In this document: positions 28,174-38,552 of the stretch, in pieces | Numbering within the stretch: position 1 is the stretch's first letter | Layout of the letters: each line of letters opens with the position of its first letter | Assembly: GCA_963712585.1 (NCBI GenBank) | Contig: CAVQIH010000015.1 | Span: 6,886 to 70,885 of the forward strand | Reading direction: 5' to 3' | Source of the DNA: an uncultured Chloroflexia bacterium | GTDB taxonomy: Bacteria > Chloroflexota > Limnocylindria > Limnocylindrales > CSP1-4 | Length of the DNA: 64,000 nucleotides | The notes under the pieces: generated by a model | The model's input: the letters and a program-made list of their open reading frames with translations, nothing else | What the model was told of the DNA's origin: nothing | The model's database searches: none | Made by a program: the position numbers and the translations under genes

Positions 28174-31035
28174 ATGCAGACCAGCCTCGCGCGGCGGCAA
28201 CGCCAGCGGCGGACCCTCAACGGGAACCGCGGCGGCGGGTCCGCAGGACGACGCTTCGTCGTTGCGCTCCCTCTCTTCCTGTTCGCCTCGTTCCTGATCC
28301 TCGGTCTCGTCGGCTTCGCCACGGTGGTCGGCGCCTACAGCGCCTACAGCCGCGACCTGCCCGACCCCAAGGAGCTGCTCGAGAACCTCGATCTCAGCCA
28401 GACGACGGTCATCACCGATCGCACTGGCAAGGTCGAGCTCGCTCGCCTGGCCGCCGAGCAGCGCGAGATCGTCACCTTTGCCCAGATCCCGCCGATCATG
28501 GTCGACGCCACGACGGCGATCGAGGACAAGACGTTCTGGGACAACGCCGGCTTCGACCCCATCGGGATCGTGTCGGCGGCCATCGACACCATCCGCGGCA
28601 ACGAGCGCGGCGCGTCGACGATCACCCAGCAGCTCGTCCGCAACCGGCTCCTCCCCGAGTCTGCCTTCATCGGCTCGCGCTACGAACGGAAGATCAAGGA
28701 GATCATCCAGTCCGTCCGCCTGACTCAGGAGTACCCCGGCCGCGAGGGCAAAGAGAAGATCATGGCGGCCTACCTCAACCAGAACTTCTACGGCAATCAG
28801 AGCTACGGCATCAAGGCCGCCGCGCGCAACTACTTCGGCATCACCGACCTCTCCAAGCTGACGCTCGCCCAGGCGGCCATCCTGGCCGCGATCCCCCAGT
28901 CCCCCACTGAGTACGACCTCGTCCGCAATGCCACCGATCAGGAGGTCGAGATCGACGGCAAGCCGGTCACCCGACTGGTCGTGCCGCTCGACGCGGACAT
29001 CGTGCAGCGGCGCAACTTCATCCTGGAGCTCATGAAGACGCGCAGCGTCCTGACTGCCGGTGAGTACACCCCGGCCGAGTACGACGCGGCGATGACGGAG
29101 CCGGTGATCCTCGCACCCCAGAGCACGCCGAAGTGGCGGGCGCCCCATTTCGTCTGGCAGGTCCGCCGCGAGCTGGCCGCGATCCTCTGCGGGCCGGACG
29201 CGATCGACAGCTGCCAGAAGATCGACACCGGTGGCTATCGCGTCACCACGACCCTCGACTGGAACATGCAGAAGGTCGCTGAGAAGTGGACCAAGGCGGC
29301 CGCCGTGGTGCCCAACGCGAAGGACCCCGCGGCCACCGCCAAGCAGCTCAAGGTGCCCTACTCGCAGTGGCTGAAGAATATGGTCGACCGGGGGGTCTAC
29401 AACGCCGCCATGGCGGCGCTCGACTACCGCACCGGCCAGGTCCTCGCCTACGTCGGCAGCGCCGACTACTACGCGACCAAGAGCTCGAAGAAGTTCGAGC
29501 CGCAGTTCGACGTCATGGCCGACGGCTGGCGCCAGCCGGGGTCTGCCTGGAAGCCGATCAACTACATCACCGGCCTCGAGGACCACACCCTCACCGCGGC
29601 CAGCCTCTTCATGGACGTGGTCACCGACTTCGGCGGCGGCTACACGCCGACCGACGCCGACCGCCTCGAGCGCGGTCCGCTCCGCCTCCGCCAGGCAATC
29701 CAGGTCTCGCTCAACATCCCGGCCATCAAGGCGGCCGCGATCAACGGCATCGACCACGTCATCCAGACTGCCAAGAAGTTCGGGATCCGCTTCCAGGTCG
29801 AGCGCCCGGACACCGGAGTCTCGATCGGCATCGGGACCGCCGAGGTCCACATGATCGACCTCGTCAGCGCCTACGGGGCGATCGCCAACAGCGGGGTCCT
29901 GATGCCGCGCACCACGATCCTCAAGGTCGTCGACGCGGACGGCAACCAGATCTACCCAGTCAGCCCCGGGGCGGCCGCTGGGAAGCGCGTCGCCAGCACC
30001 CAAGCCTCCTACATCATGACCAACATCCTGGCCTCGAACACCGACCCCGCCCAGAACCCCTTCTGGAGCGCCCGGGCGATCACCGACAAGGACGGCACTC
30101 GTCGCCCCGCAGCCCTCAAGACCGGCACCACCGACGACACCATCGACCTCACCGCGATGGGCTTTCTCGCGCCGCCAGCCTCGGCCGACGAGCCCGCGAT
30201 CGTGGCCGGCGCCTGGATGGGCAACAGCGACAACAGCGCTCCGCCGAACGGCGTCGTCGCCCTCGAGTCGTCGGCCTCGCTTTGGCAGGCGTTCCTCAAT
30301 GAGGCCACGAAGAGCGAGCCGATCCAGGACTTCAGTCGACCCGATGGGATCGCCGAGGTCGCCATCGACGCGTTCAGCGGTATGCTCCCGGGACCGTTCA
30401 CCACCAAGACCGTCACCGAGGTCTTCATCGACGGGACCCAGCCAACCCAGGTCGACGACACCAAAGTGCCCCTCGACATCGACGCGGCCACCGGCAAGCT
30501 CTGGCTGGACGGCTGTGTCGGTCCGAAGGAGACCGAGGGGTTCCTGGACCTGTCCCGGGTCGAGGCCGGCTTCCCCGACTGGCAAGCGTTCGATGCCGAG
30601 TGGATCGCGCGAGCCCGGAAGGGGCCGGGAATACGGGGCGGCCCCGAGAAGACCGCCACCAGCTACTTCTATCAGACCGGCGGCTGGATGCCGTTCGGGG
30701 CGACCTGGGGCGCTCCGTTCGCCCCGACCGAAACCTGCGAACCAGTACCAACCGCCGAGCCGACCCTCCCGTGTGACCCCCTGTCCGGGCCGTGTCCGAC
30801 TCCGCCCGGGGAAGGAACGGCGTTGGTCATGCCGAACCTCCAGTGCTCGACGATGCAGACGGTCGGGGCGACGCTGGCCGCGCTCGGACTCGGCTTCGGC
30901 GTCGTGGCACCGAGCGACGCGGGACCGGACTGGGTCGTCGCAGGGCAGAACCCGCCGCCCAACACCGTCGTCTTCACCGGCAGCATGGTCGATCTGATCC
31001 TCGACCAACGGGCCAACGTGCCCGGTTGCGGCTAG
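28174..31035 (+). CDS. class A penicillin-binding protein (glycosyltransferase plus transpeptidase) with a PASTA-like C-terminal domain
   Basis: Track ORF 28048..31035, starting at ATG 28174 (MQTSLARRQ) with a TM helix. GT51 motifs are EDKTFWDNAGFD and RGASTITQQLVRN. Transpeptidase motifs are SAWKP and KTGTTDD. The C-terminus reads VMPNLQCSTMQTVGATLAALGL...VVAGQNP. Confidence 0.9.
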   Translation: MQTSLARRQRQRRTLNGNRGGGSAGRRFVVALPLFLFASFLILGLVGFATVVGAYSAYSRDLPDPKELLENLDLSQTTVITDRTGKVELARLAAEQREIVTFAQIPPIMVDATTAIEDKTFWDNAGFDPIGIVSAAIDTIRGNERGASTITQQLVRNRLLPESAFIGSRYERKIKEIIQSVRLTQEYPGREGKEKIMAAYLNQNFYGNQSYGIKAAARNYFGITDLSKLTLAQAAILAAIPQSPTEYDLVRNATDQEVEIDGKPVTRLVVPLDADIVQRRNFILELMKTRSVLTAGEYTPAEYDAAMTEPVILAPQSTPKWRAPHFVWQVRRELAAILCGPDAIDSCQKIDTGGYRVTTTLDWNMQKVAEKWTKAAAVVPNAKDPAATAKQLKVPYSQWLKNMVDRGVYNAAMAALDYRTGQVLAYVGSADYYATKSSKKFEPQFDVMADGWRQPGSAWKPINYITGLEDHTLTAASLFMDVVTDFGGGYTPTDADRLERGPLRLRQAIQVSLNIPAIKAAAINGIDHVIQTAKKFGIRFQVERPDTGVSIGIGTAEVHMIDLVSAYGAIANSGVLMPRTTILKVVDADGNQIYPVSPGAAAGKRVASTQASYIMTNILASNTDPAQNPFWSARAITDKDGTRRPAALKTGTTDDTIDLTAMGFLAPPASADEPAIVAGAWMGNSDNSAPPNGVVALESSASLWQAFLNEATKSEPIQDFSRPDGIAEVAIDAFSGMLPGPFTTKTVTEVFIDGTQPTQVDDTKVPLDIDAATGKLWLDGCVGPKETEGFLDLSRVEAGFPDWQAFDAEWIARARKGPGIRGGPEKTATSYFYQTGGWMPFGATWGAPFAPTETCEPVPTAEPTLPCDPLSGPCPTPPGEGTALVMPNLQCSTMQTVGATLAALGLGFGVVAPSDAGPDWVVAGQNPPPNTVVFTGSMVDLILDQRANVPGCG

Positions 31036-31060
31036 GGAGCCGAAGCCGCCCTCAGCCGGA

Positions 31061-33451
31061 TCAGAGGCTGACCACCGTGGCCCCGTCACCTCCCTCGCCG
31101 CGCTCGCCCGCCCGCCAGGTACGGACGAGGGGGTGTTGGCCGACCTGATCTCGAACGGCATCGCGGAGCGCTCCGGTGCCGAGGCCGTGGATGACCGTCA
31201 CCCGGTCGAGGCCAGCCAGCGCCGCGTCGTCGAGGTAGCGGCTGAGCAGCTCGAGTGCCTCCTCGACTCTTGCCCCTCGCAGGTCAAGGGAAGAGGCGAC
31301 CGTTCTCGCCCTGTCGAGCTGGAGTGCGGTCACACTGCCGGAGCCGCCCCCAAGATCGCCGGGCGCCGCACCGCCAGACCGGCCGCCCCGACGTCCGCCG
31401 GGACCGTCATCGGCGCCCGACACCGCGGGCGTCAGGTCGTCGAGGTCGACCGAGATCCGCAGGCCTCCAACCTCGAGCGTGGCGCGACGGCCGCCTCGTT
31501 CGAGCGCGGCGACCCGGCCCTCCCAGCCCTGGCTGCGGCTCCTGGCGCGCGCCCCGACCCGCCAACGGATTGGGGCGGCCTCCGGCAACGGCGTCGTCGG
31601 GACCTCCTGTGGCGGCAGGAGCGCGAGCGCCTGCTCGGCTCCCAGGACGATCCGATCGAGGGCCGGTGCGGTGACCGTCTCTCGCTCGAGGGTGCGCCTG
31701 GCCGCACGGACGTCGTCGCGCAAGCCGGCCACGATCCGCTCCGCCTCGTCGCGGGCCGACCGCAGCGCCTCCTCCCGCTCGCGGCGGCCACGCCGGCGCT
31801 CGTCGTCCGCACGCCGCAGCGCCTCCGCCGCTCGCACCTCGGCGGCCCGGGCGCGGTCGAGCGCCTCGGCCGTCTCGGTCTGCGAAGCCTTGATGGAAGC
31901 CAGGGTGGCCTCGAACGCAAGCTGCGACTCTGACAGCCGCGAGCGGGCGTCGGCCACGATCGCGCCTGGCAGGCCGAGGCGCTCGGCGATGGAGAACGCC
32001 TGGCTGGTGCCGGGCAGGCCGATCGTCAGCCGGTAGGTCGGGCTCAACGTCTCCAGGTCGAACTCGACCGAGGCGTTCATCGCCTCGCGGGCGGTATGGG
32101 CGTACACCTTCAGCTCCGCGTAGTGGGTCGTCGCGGCCACCAGCGCCCCGGCGCGGATGAAGTGATCGAGGAGGGCCTGGGCCAGCGCCGAGCCCTCGGT
32201 GGGATCGGTCCCGGCGCCGAGCTCGTCGAGCAGGACCAGCGTCGACGGACCGGCCGCCCCCACGATGCGCACGATTGATCGAAGGTGGCCGCTGAACGTC
32301 GAGAGCGACTGGGCGATCGATTGCTCATCGCCGATGTCGGCGAAGACGTCGGCCATGATGGCCAGGCGGCTGCCGGGATCTGCCGGGACGTGCAGCCCGG
32401 CCTGGTGCATCAGCGAGAGAAGGCCGATCGTGCGCAGCGTGACGGTCTTGCCACCCGTGTTCGGGCCGGTCACGACGAGAGCCCGGAAGTCCTCACCGAG
32501 GCGCACGTCGATGGGCACCACCCGACCGCTGAGGCCGGGGTGGCGCGCTCCCTTGAGATCGATCGCCGGACGGTCTGCCGTCTCGGCGCGCACGGCGTCC
32601 ATCTCGCCCGCCAGGCGCGCCTTGGCGCTCCAGAAGTCGAAGGTCGCCAGAGCTTCGGCCGTCGCTCGCAGCGGGTTCGCATGGGCCGCCACGAGCGCCG
32701 ACAGCTCGTCGAGGATCCGCTCGACCTCGAGTCCCTCGGCGAGCTGGGCTTCCCGCCAGGCGTTGCCGAGCTCGACGGCCACGAGCGGTTCGACGAAGAG
32801 GGTCTGTCCGCTGCCCGAGGCGTCGTGCACGATCCCCTTGACCCGGCCGCGCGCCTCGGCGCGCACCGGGATCACGTAGCGCCCGTTGCGGAGCGTGACG
32901 ATGGGCTCCTGGAGGGCGGGGCTCAGCTCGCCCGAATGGACGAGGGTGTCCAGGCGGCTCCTGAGCCGCTCGTAGGCGACGCGAACGGCTCGCCGCAGGC
33001 CACCCAGGCGAGGCGAGGCGCTGTCGAGCAGCTCGCCCGTCGGATCGAAGCTCCGCTCGAGCGTGCTGCGGAGGGCAGGCAGCGGCTCGATCCGGCGACC
33101 CAACTCACGCAGGAGCGGCCGTCGCTCAGCGGCGAGCGCGTCGGCCAGTCGGGAGGCCGCTTCGAGTGTCGCCGCCAGGGCGAGGAAGTGCTCGGCCTCG
33201 AGCCGTCCGCCGCGGGCGGCCCGTTCCACCGCGGGCCCGATGTCCCGGGCGCCCCCGATGCCGACCGCCGGGCGCTCGGCGAGGAGCGCGCGAGCCTCAT
33301 CGGTCTCATCGAGCCAGCGCCCCACGAGAACCCGGTCGGCCGTCGGTTCGAGGGCCTCTGCCAGCCGGCGGCTCGGTCCGAAGGAGGTCGCCGCGGCGAG
33401 GCGGGCACGGACCACGGGGAATTCGAGGAGGGCGATCGACTTCGAGTCCAT
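31061..33451 (-). CDS. mutS2: endonuclease MutS2 (MutS domain plus C-terminal Smr)
   Basis: 797-aa 3' part of track ORF 31061..34399, starting at MDSKSIALLEFP. It has the Walker A GPNTGGKTVTLRT, DELGAGTDPTEG, and the Smr end LDLRGARVEEALELL...VIHGLGTGALRDAV. Confidence 0.9.
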   Translation of the reverse strand: MDSKSIALLEFPVVRARLAAATSFGPSRRLAEALEPTADRVLVGRWLDETDEARALLAERPAVGIGGARDIGPAVERAARGGRLEAEHFLALAATLEAASRLADALAAERRPLLRELGRRIEPLPALRSTLERSFDPTGELLDSASPRLGGLRRAVRVAYERLRSRLDTLVHSGELSPALQEPIVTLRNGRYVIPVRAEARGRVKGIVHDASGSGQTLFVEPLVAVELGNAWREAQLAEGLEVERILDELSALVAAHANPLRATAEALATFDFWSAKARLAGEMDAVRAETADRPAIDLKGARHPGLSGRVVPIDVRLGEDFRALVVTGPNTGGKTVTLRTIGLLSLMHQAGLHVPADPGSRLAIMADVFADIGDEQSIAQSLSTFSGHLRSIVRIVGAAGPSTLVLLDELGAGTDPTEGSALAQALLDHFIRAGALVAATTHYAELKVYAHTAREAMNASVEFDLETLSPTYRLTIGLPGTSQAFSIAERLGLPGAIVADARSRLSESQLAFEATLASIKASQTETAEALDRARAAEVRAAEALRRADDERRRGRREREEALRSARDEAERIVAGLRDDVRAARRTLERETVTAPALDRIVLGAEQALALLPPQEVPTTPLPEAAPIRWRVGARARSRSQGWEGRVAALERGGRRATLEVGGLRISVDLDDLTPAVSGADDGPGGRRGGRSGGAAPGDLGGGSGSVTALQLDRARTVASSLDLRGARVEEALELLSRYLDDAALAGLDRVTVIHGLGTGALRDAVRDQVGQHPLVRTWRAGERGEGGDGATVVSL

Positions 33452-34200
33452 CACGCGTCCCCGGGCGGGCGGATCGGGAGACCCGACGGCTGGTCCTGTG
33501 GGTCGCCAGGACGGCCCGCGCTTCCTGCCGGAGCCGAGATCGCGGGGCTCTCGGCGTCGACCAGGCGCCACGGGACGGAGACCCACGGCTCTCCTGCGAA
33601 CCCGATCCCGATCCGGGGTCCGGCCACGAGCCGAAGGCGCGGCGGCGGACGGCCCGCCTCCAGGTGGAGCGATCCGTCGCGCGCGCAGAGGTCCCGACCG
33701 CTCTCTTGGAGGGTCACCGAAAACGCCGCACCCACGAGACCGGGGCCGCGGGCCAGATGCGCGTCGGGTAGTCGCTCCAGACGGGCCCGTTCGGCCGCGA
33801 GATCGGATTCGGACCAGCCCCGGTGGGTCGCGCCGGCGCGTTCGAGCCGGGCGTGGCGCATCAGCTCGATCCCTTCGACCGGCTCGACGGCGCGAACGAG
33901 GAGTGCCGCCGGTCGGCCGTCCGGCTCCGTGACGACGTTCAGACAGTGGTACATGCCGTACACAAGGTAGACGTACGCGATGCCGGGCGGGCCGAACATG
34001 ACCCCGTTGCGCCGAGTCTGCCCGACCCGCGCGTGCGAGGCACGATCGTCGGAGCCAACGTACGCCTCCACCTCCACGATCCGGCCAGCCCGGCGGCCGA
34101 GCCCGTCTTCGCGGACGAGGAGTGCGCCGACGAGCGCCCGGCCCGCGACGAGGGACGGACCGGCGAGCAGTCGTCGGGGAAGCGCGCCGTGCGTCGTCAG
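33451..34200 (-). CDS. mpg: DNA-3-methyladenine glycosylase (Mpg/AAG family), probably CTG-initiated
   Basis: Track ORF 33451..34077 starts inside the conserved GRIVEVEAYVGSDDRASHA motif. Upstream, still in frame, is LPRRLLAGPSLVAGRALVGALLVRE. A CTG at 34200-34198 overlaps the cvpA TGA. Confidence 0.8.
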   Translation of the reverse strand: MTTHGALPRRLLAGPSLVAGRALVGALLVREDGLGRRAGRIVEVEAYVGSDDRASHARVGQTRRNGVMFGPPGIAYVYLVYGMYHCLNVVTEPDGRPAALLVRAVEPVEGIELMRHARLERAGATHRGWSESDLAAERARLERLPDAHLARGPGLVGAAFSVTLQESGRDLCARDGSLHLEAGRPPPRLRLVAGPRIGIGFAGEPWVSVPWRLVDAESPAISAPAGSAGRPGDPQDQPSGLPIRPPGDA

Positions 34201-34751
34201 GATGCGAAGATGCGCCCCAGGTCGGCCGGGAAGAGCCCGCCGAGGAGGGTGAAGAATCCGGGCAGCAGCGTGTGGCGGTAGACGTCCGCCGTGGTCGAGA
34301 GGTCCATGGTGGTCCAGAAGTCGCGGATCGCCCGGACGTCGGTGGCGAAGTACTGGCTCTCGATCCGGAAGTACGAGTCGAGGACCACCACGCAGGCACC
34401 GATCACCAGCGCCGCCTGCAGGACGCCGAGGAGCGCCCCGAGCAGCTCGTCGGCGATCTCCACCCTGGAGAAGACGAGGACCCGATGGTAGGCGATCTGA
34501 ATGGCCAGGGTGCTCAGGAAGACGAACAGGATGACCAGGCCGGAAAAGGCCAGTAGCCGGTTGTAGGCCGGCGTGTACTGGGTCCAGTACCCCGCCAGCC
34601 AGTCGCCGCCGGGGATGGCCAGGTTGGCCGCCAGCATGACGCTCAGGAGAATCGCCCCGATGCCGAGGACCCGGCGGACGGCGCCCTGGGCGAAGCCCAG
34701 GATGAAACCGGCCACGAGAGCCGCGATGGCCAGAGCATCGAAGGCGTTCAT
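34197..34751 (-). CDS. cvpA: CvpA-family membrane protein
   Basis: Track ORF 34197..34811, starting at ATG 34751 (MNAFDALAIAALVAGFILGFAQG). It has four hydrophobic segments and lies next to mutS2, as in Firmicutes. Confidence 0.7.
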   Translation of the reverse strand: MNAFDALAIAALVAGFILGFAQGAVRRVLGIGAILLSVMLAANLAIPGGDWLAGYWTQYTPAYNRLLAFSGLVILFVFLSTLAIQIAYHRVLVFSRVEIADELLGALLGVLQAALVIGACVVVLDSYFRIESQYFATDVRAIRDFWTTMDLSTTADVYRHTLLPGFFTLLGGLFPADLGRIFAS

Positions 34752-34856
34752 CGGCGCGACATCCCGGCCTGCTCGAGGCCGCCTCCCTTGTGACCGCGCC
34801 TGCCCCCGCACGGGCGGCCAGGCGTCAGCGCGAAGGATAGCAGCGCCGTCCAGCGG

Positions 34857-37394
34857 TCAGGTGCGCAGGCGCGCTCCGAGACGCTCGGTCAATGCTTGGC
34901 TCACGTCTGCCACTGCCGCGTCGACCTCGGCTTCGGTGAGCGTTCGCTCTTCGGCCTGGAAGAGCAGCCGGAAGGCGAGGCTCTTCTCACCGTCGGCCAA
35001 GGGGGCCCCCCGGTAGACGTCGAAGAGGCGAACCTCTCTGAGGAGGGGACCGCCGGCGTCGCGAATGGCCCGTGCGATCTCGGCTGCCCCGCGGTCCTCC
35101 GGAACGACCGGGGCCAGATCGCGCTCTACGGCCGGCACCCGGGGGACCGGCCGGGCCCGAACCGGAGTGAGGCGCCCGGCCGAGAGGCCGCGCACGGCGA
35201 GCTCGGCCGCGTACACCCGGGGCGTCCGGATCCCCCAGCGCTCGACCACGGCCGGGTGAAGCTCGGCGACGTGGCCACTCAGGACGATCTCGGGTCGCGC
35301 AGCCTGCCCTGCCCTGGCCTCCCCCGAGCCGTCACTCCCCCGGATCACCACCGTAGCGGCACGGCCCGGATGAAACGGCAGACCGCGCCCGTCGCGCTCA
35401 TAGCTGGGCGCCCCCGCGCCCAGACGGTTCGCGAGGAGCTCCACGATGGCCTTCGCGTCGTCGAGATCGACCTCTCTCGACGGGCGATTCCAGGCGGGTG
35501 GCGCCGCTTCGCCCGCCAGGACGAAGGCCAGCCGCCACCACTCGCGTGGCAGGCCCCCGTCGCGACCGTAGCCCTTGCCGACCTCGAAGAGGGCAATCTC
35601 GGATCGGCCTTGGCGCTCGTTCCAGGCGAGCAGATCGAGGAGGCTCCCCACCACATGGCGGCGGAGCACCGAATGGGCGACCGACAGCGGGTTGCGGACC
35701 CTGATCGGCTCACCCGCGATCTCCGTCTCGCCGCTGGGCAGCGGCGGACCATCATCGGGCCAGCCCAGGGCGGCATCGTGATCGGGCGACACGAGGGCGT
35801 GACTGACGGCCTCGGTCACCCCGGCCCCCACCAGGGTGTCCCGGACGAGGTCGCGGGGCTCGAGGGGCGTCGGCCGGAAGGACGGCATCGTCGTGTTCGG
35901 CAGCGCGGCCGGGACGACTTCGTAGCCGCGCATCCGCGCGACCTCCTCGGCCACGTCAGCCTCGATCTGGATCTCGCGCCGCCAGGTGGGCACGAGCGCC
36001 ACCAGCGTCTCGGCCGACCCCGGGTCCACCGCGAGTGGGGACTCCCCGGCCGCGACCGGAACCAGCGTCCCGGCCGGCGCTGGCTCGGTCTCGATCTCCA
36101 CGCGGGCCAGCAGCCCCCGTTGCTCGTCGGGCGTGAAGGCCGTTCCGAGCAGGCGGTTGACTCGCTCGGGCCGGAAGGCGACCCGGGCCGGTCCGGGCTC
36201 AAGCGGGGCGGTGTCGATCCGACCGCGGGCGACTGCTCCGCCCGCCCACTCGACGATGAGCTGGGCGACACGATCCGCGCCGATCCGGGCCAGGGGCACG
36301 TCCTGCCCCTTCTCGAAACGAAGGCTGGCCTCGGAGCGGAGACCAAACCGTTGGCCGGTGCGCCGAATGCTGACAGGGTCGAAGATCGCCGACTCGATGA
36401 CGATGTCGCGTGTTCGCTCCGAGACTTCGCTGGCAGCGCCGCCCATGATGCCGGCGATTCCGATCACGGCCTCGGGATCGGCGATGACGAGAGTCTCGGG
36501 GTCGAGGTCGCGTGCCACGTGGTCGAGGGTTTCGAGGCGCTCCCCCGGCAGGGCACGCCTGACCACGATGGTCGAGCCGTGGACCCCCGCCGCGTCGAAC
36601 GTGTGGGTCGGCTTGCCCAGCTCGAGCATCACGTAGTTGGAGGCGTCGACGACGTTGCTGATGGGCCGCAGCCCGGCCGCCCGGAGGCGCATCTGGACCC
36701 GCTCTGGCGAGGGCCCGACGGTGACCCCGCTGACCCATCGCCCGACGAAGCGCGTGCACAGGGCGGGCTCCTCGACGACGACCGTCAGGAGACCCTCGAT
36801 CGGGCCCCCGCGTTCGCCGACCGTGATCACCGGTTGGCGGAGGGCGGTCCCGGTGGCCGCGGCGACTTCGCGGGCCAGGCCGAACAGGCTGAGGGCATCG
36901 CCGCGGTTCGGCTTGACGTCGACGTCCAGAACGATGTCTCCGTACAACGCCGAGAGGTCGATCCCGAGCGGCGCGTCCGGCGGCAGGATCAGGATGCCCT
37001 CGGCGTCCGACGTGAGGCCGAGCTCGTCGCCCGAGCACAGCATGCCTTCGCTCGCGACGCCCATCTTGGTGGCTCGCTCAATGGTCCGCCCGCCGGGCAG
37101 CACGGCGCCCGGCAGGGCAACGGGCACGCGCTGGCCCGGCGCGATGTTCGTGGCGCCGCAGACGATGCGGAGCGGCTCGCCGGCGCCCACGGTGACGGTC
37201 GTCAGGGAGAGCCGATCCGCGTTCGGGTGTCGTTCCACGCTGAGCAGCTCGCCAACGACGACGGAGCGCCACTCCGCTCCCCATCGTTCGATGGCCTTGA
37301 CCTCCATGCCGAGCAGCGTCAGGCGCTCGGCGAGCCCTTCCGGCGTCTGGGTGATCTCGACGTAGTCGGCCAGCCAGCCGAGCGGGACCCTCAT
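34857..37394 (-). CDS. pheT: phenylalanyl-tRNA synthetase beta subunit
   Basis: Track ORF 34857..37454, starting at MRVPLGWLADYVEI (ATG 37394). It has the tRNA-binding, B3/4, B5 and FDX-ACB domains (FDVYRGAPLADGEKSLAFRL). Confidence 0.95.
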   Translation of the reverse strand: MRVPLGWLADYVEITQTPEGLAERLTLLGMEVKAIERWGAEWRSVVVGELLSVERHPNADRLSLTTVTVGAGEPLRIVCGATNIAPGQRVPVALPGAVLPGGRTIERATKMGVASEGMLCSGDELGLTSDAEGILILPPDAPLGIDLSALYGDIVLDVDVKPNRGDALSLFGLAREVAAATGTALRQPVITVGERGGPIEGLLTVVVEEPALCTRFVGRWVSGVTVGPSPERVQMRLRAAGLRPISNVVDASNYVMLELGKPTHTFDAAGVHGSTIVVRRALPGERLETLDHVARDLDPETLVIADPEAVIGIAGIMGGAASEVSERTRDIVIESAIFDPVSIRRTGQRFGLRSEASLRFEKGQDVPLARIGADRVAQLIVEWAGGAVARGRIDTAPLEPGPARVAFRPERVNRLLGTAFTPDEQRGLLARVEIETEPAPAGTLVPVAAGESPLAVDPGSAETLVALVPTWRREIQIEADVAEEVARMRGYEVVPAALPNTTMPSFRPTPLEPRDLVRDTLVGAGVTEAVSHALVSPDHDAALGWPDDGPPLPSGETEIAGEPIRVRNPLSVAHSVLRRHVVGSLLDLLAWNERQGRSEIALFEVGKGYGRDGGLPREWWRLAFVLAGEAAPPAWNRPSREVDLDDAKAIVELLANRLGAGAPSYERDGRGLPFHPGRAATVVIRGSDGSGEARAGQAARPEIVLSGHVAELHPAVVERWGIRTPRVYAAELAVRGLSAGRLTPVRARPVPRVPAVERDLAPVVPEDRGAAEIARAIRDAGGPLLREVRLFDVYRGAPLADGEKSLAFRLLFQAEERTLTEAEVDAAVADVSQALTERLGARLRT

Positions 37395-37870
37395 CGGTAC
37401 CGTACCGCCCAATACGCCGCTGTGGAGGTTGCCTGCCGGGAGATCACGATGCAACGCTACCCCATCGCCTACCTTCGGCGCTCGTCAGCCGATACCACCG
37501 ACCCGTAGGTAAGGACTCATCGTCGCGATCTCGCCGCTGCAGCCGCAGCGCACCGGCACCGGGCGGCCGCAGAGGATGCGATCGCCGACCGATGCGCAGC
37601 TCGCCGTCGTAGGTAGATCCGCGGGCACGGGCAGGCCCAGGGGAGCCGCGGGTGAGTCGCCGAGGCTAGGACTCACACCGGACCGGCTCGGCGCACCGCC
37701 CGTGGCCGTGGCCGCACGGTAGCGAACGGCTCGCACGCCCCACCTCATCGCGGTGACCAAGGCTGGTCAGGCCGCCCGGCACCCGACATCGATGTCAGCT
37801 CGCGGCGCGTCAGCCATCTCTGACGTCTCCGGCCCCGTGGCGCGAGGGCGTTGCGAGTAGGCTGTCCGGC

Positions 37871-38552
37871 ATGACCGACGCGCTGCGGGTGATCCTCGAG
37901 ATCGGCAAGAAGCGCAGGGTCGTGGCGGGTGCGATGGACTGGCCCGGCCTCGATCGCTGGGGGACCTCGGAGGACGACGCACTCGACAGGCTGTCGTCGT
38001 ACCTCCCGCGGTACGCCGGCGTCGCCGAACGGGCCGGCATGGGGAGCGCGTTCGCGCGGGCGCGCGACGCGCGAGGTGGTCGAACGCGTCCCCGGATCGA
38101 GCTCGACCGACTTCTGGGGCATCGCCCACGTGCCGTCGCAGATCGAGCGTGAGGTGCTGTCATCGGCCGACCTGGAACGGCGGCTCGACCTCCTGCGCGC
38201 CTGCTGGGCCTACTTCGACGACGTCGCGGCACGCGTCTCCAGCGAGCTCCGCCCGGGACCTCGCAGCGCCGGGCGCAGCCGCGACCAGATCATCCGCCAC
38301 GTGTACGTCAACGAGCCCGAGCAGTTCTCGCGCAAGGTCGAGGTCCGGACGCCGCTCGACGTCGTGCTCACGCCGGACGGCCTCGCGACGCATCGGCAGG
38401 CGTACCTCGATGCCATCCGCGCCTACAACGCCGAGGGCAGGCCGGCGCGGACCTGGCCGATCCAGTTCCTCGTGCGCCGCACCGCCCACCACGTCATGGA
38501 TCACGCGTGGGAGATGGAGGACCGGGACCTCGGAGTGCCGTCCGCGCCGTGA
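37871..38552 (+). CDS. hypothetical protein with a DinB-like C-terminal part; one apparent frameshift; lies opposite to and between pheS and pheT
   Basis: The N-terminus is in track ORF 37871..38152 (MTDALRVILEIGKKRRVVAGAMDWPGLDRWGTSEDDALDRL). The remainder is in track ORF 37929..38552 (EVVERVPGSSSTDFWGI...FLVRRTAHHVMDHAWEMEDRDL). The frames switch near 38055-38085. The family assignment is tentative. Confidence 0.55.

Noticed and set aside
31061-34399. The 1112-aa track ORF read as a giant MutS2.
   Set aside because: Only the last 797 aa (from MDSKSIALLEFP) are MutS2. The N-terminal approx. 315 aa are Arg/Pro-rich read-through across mpg and cvpA in the wrong frame.
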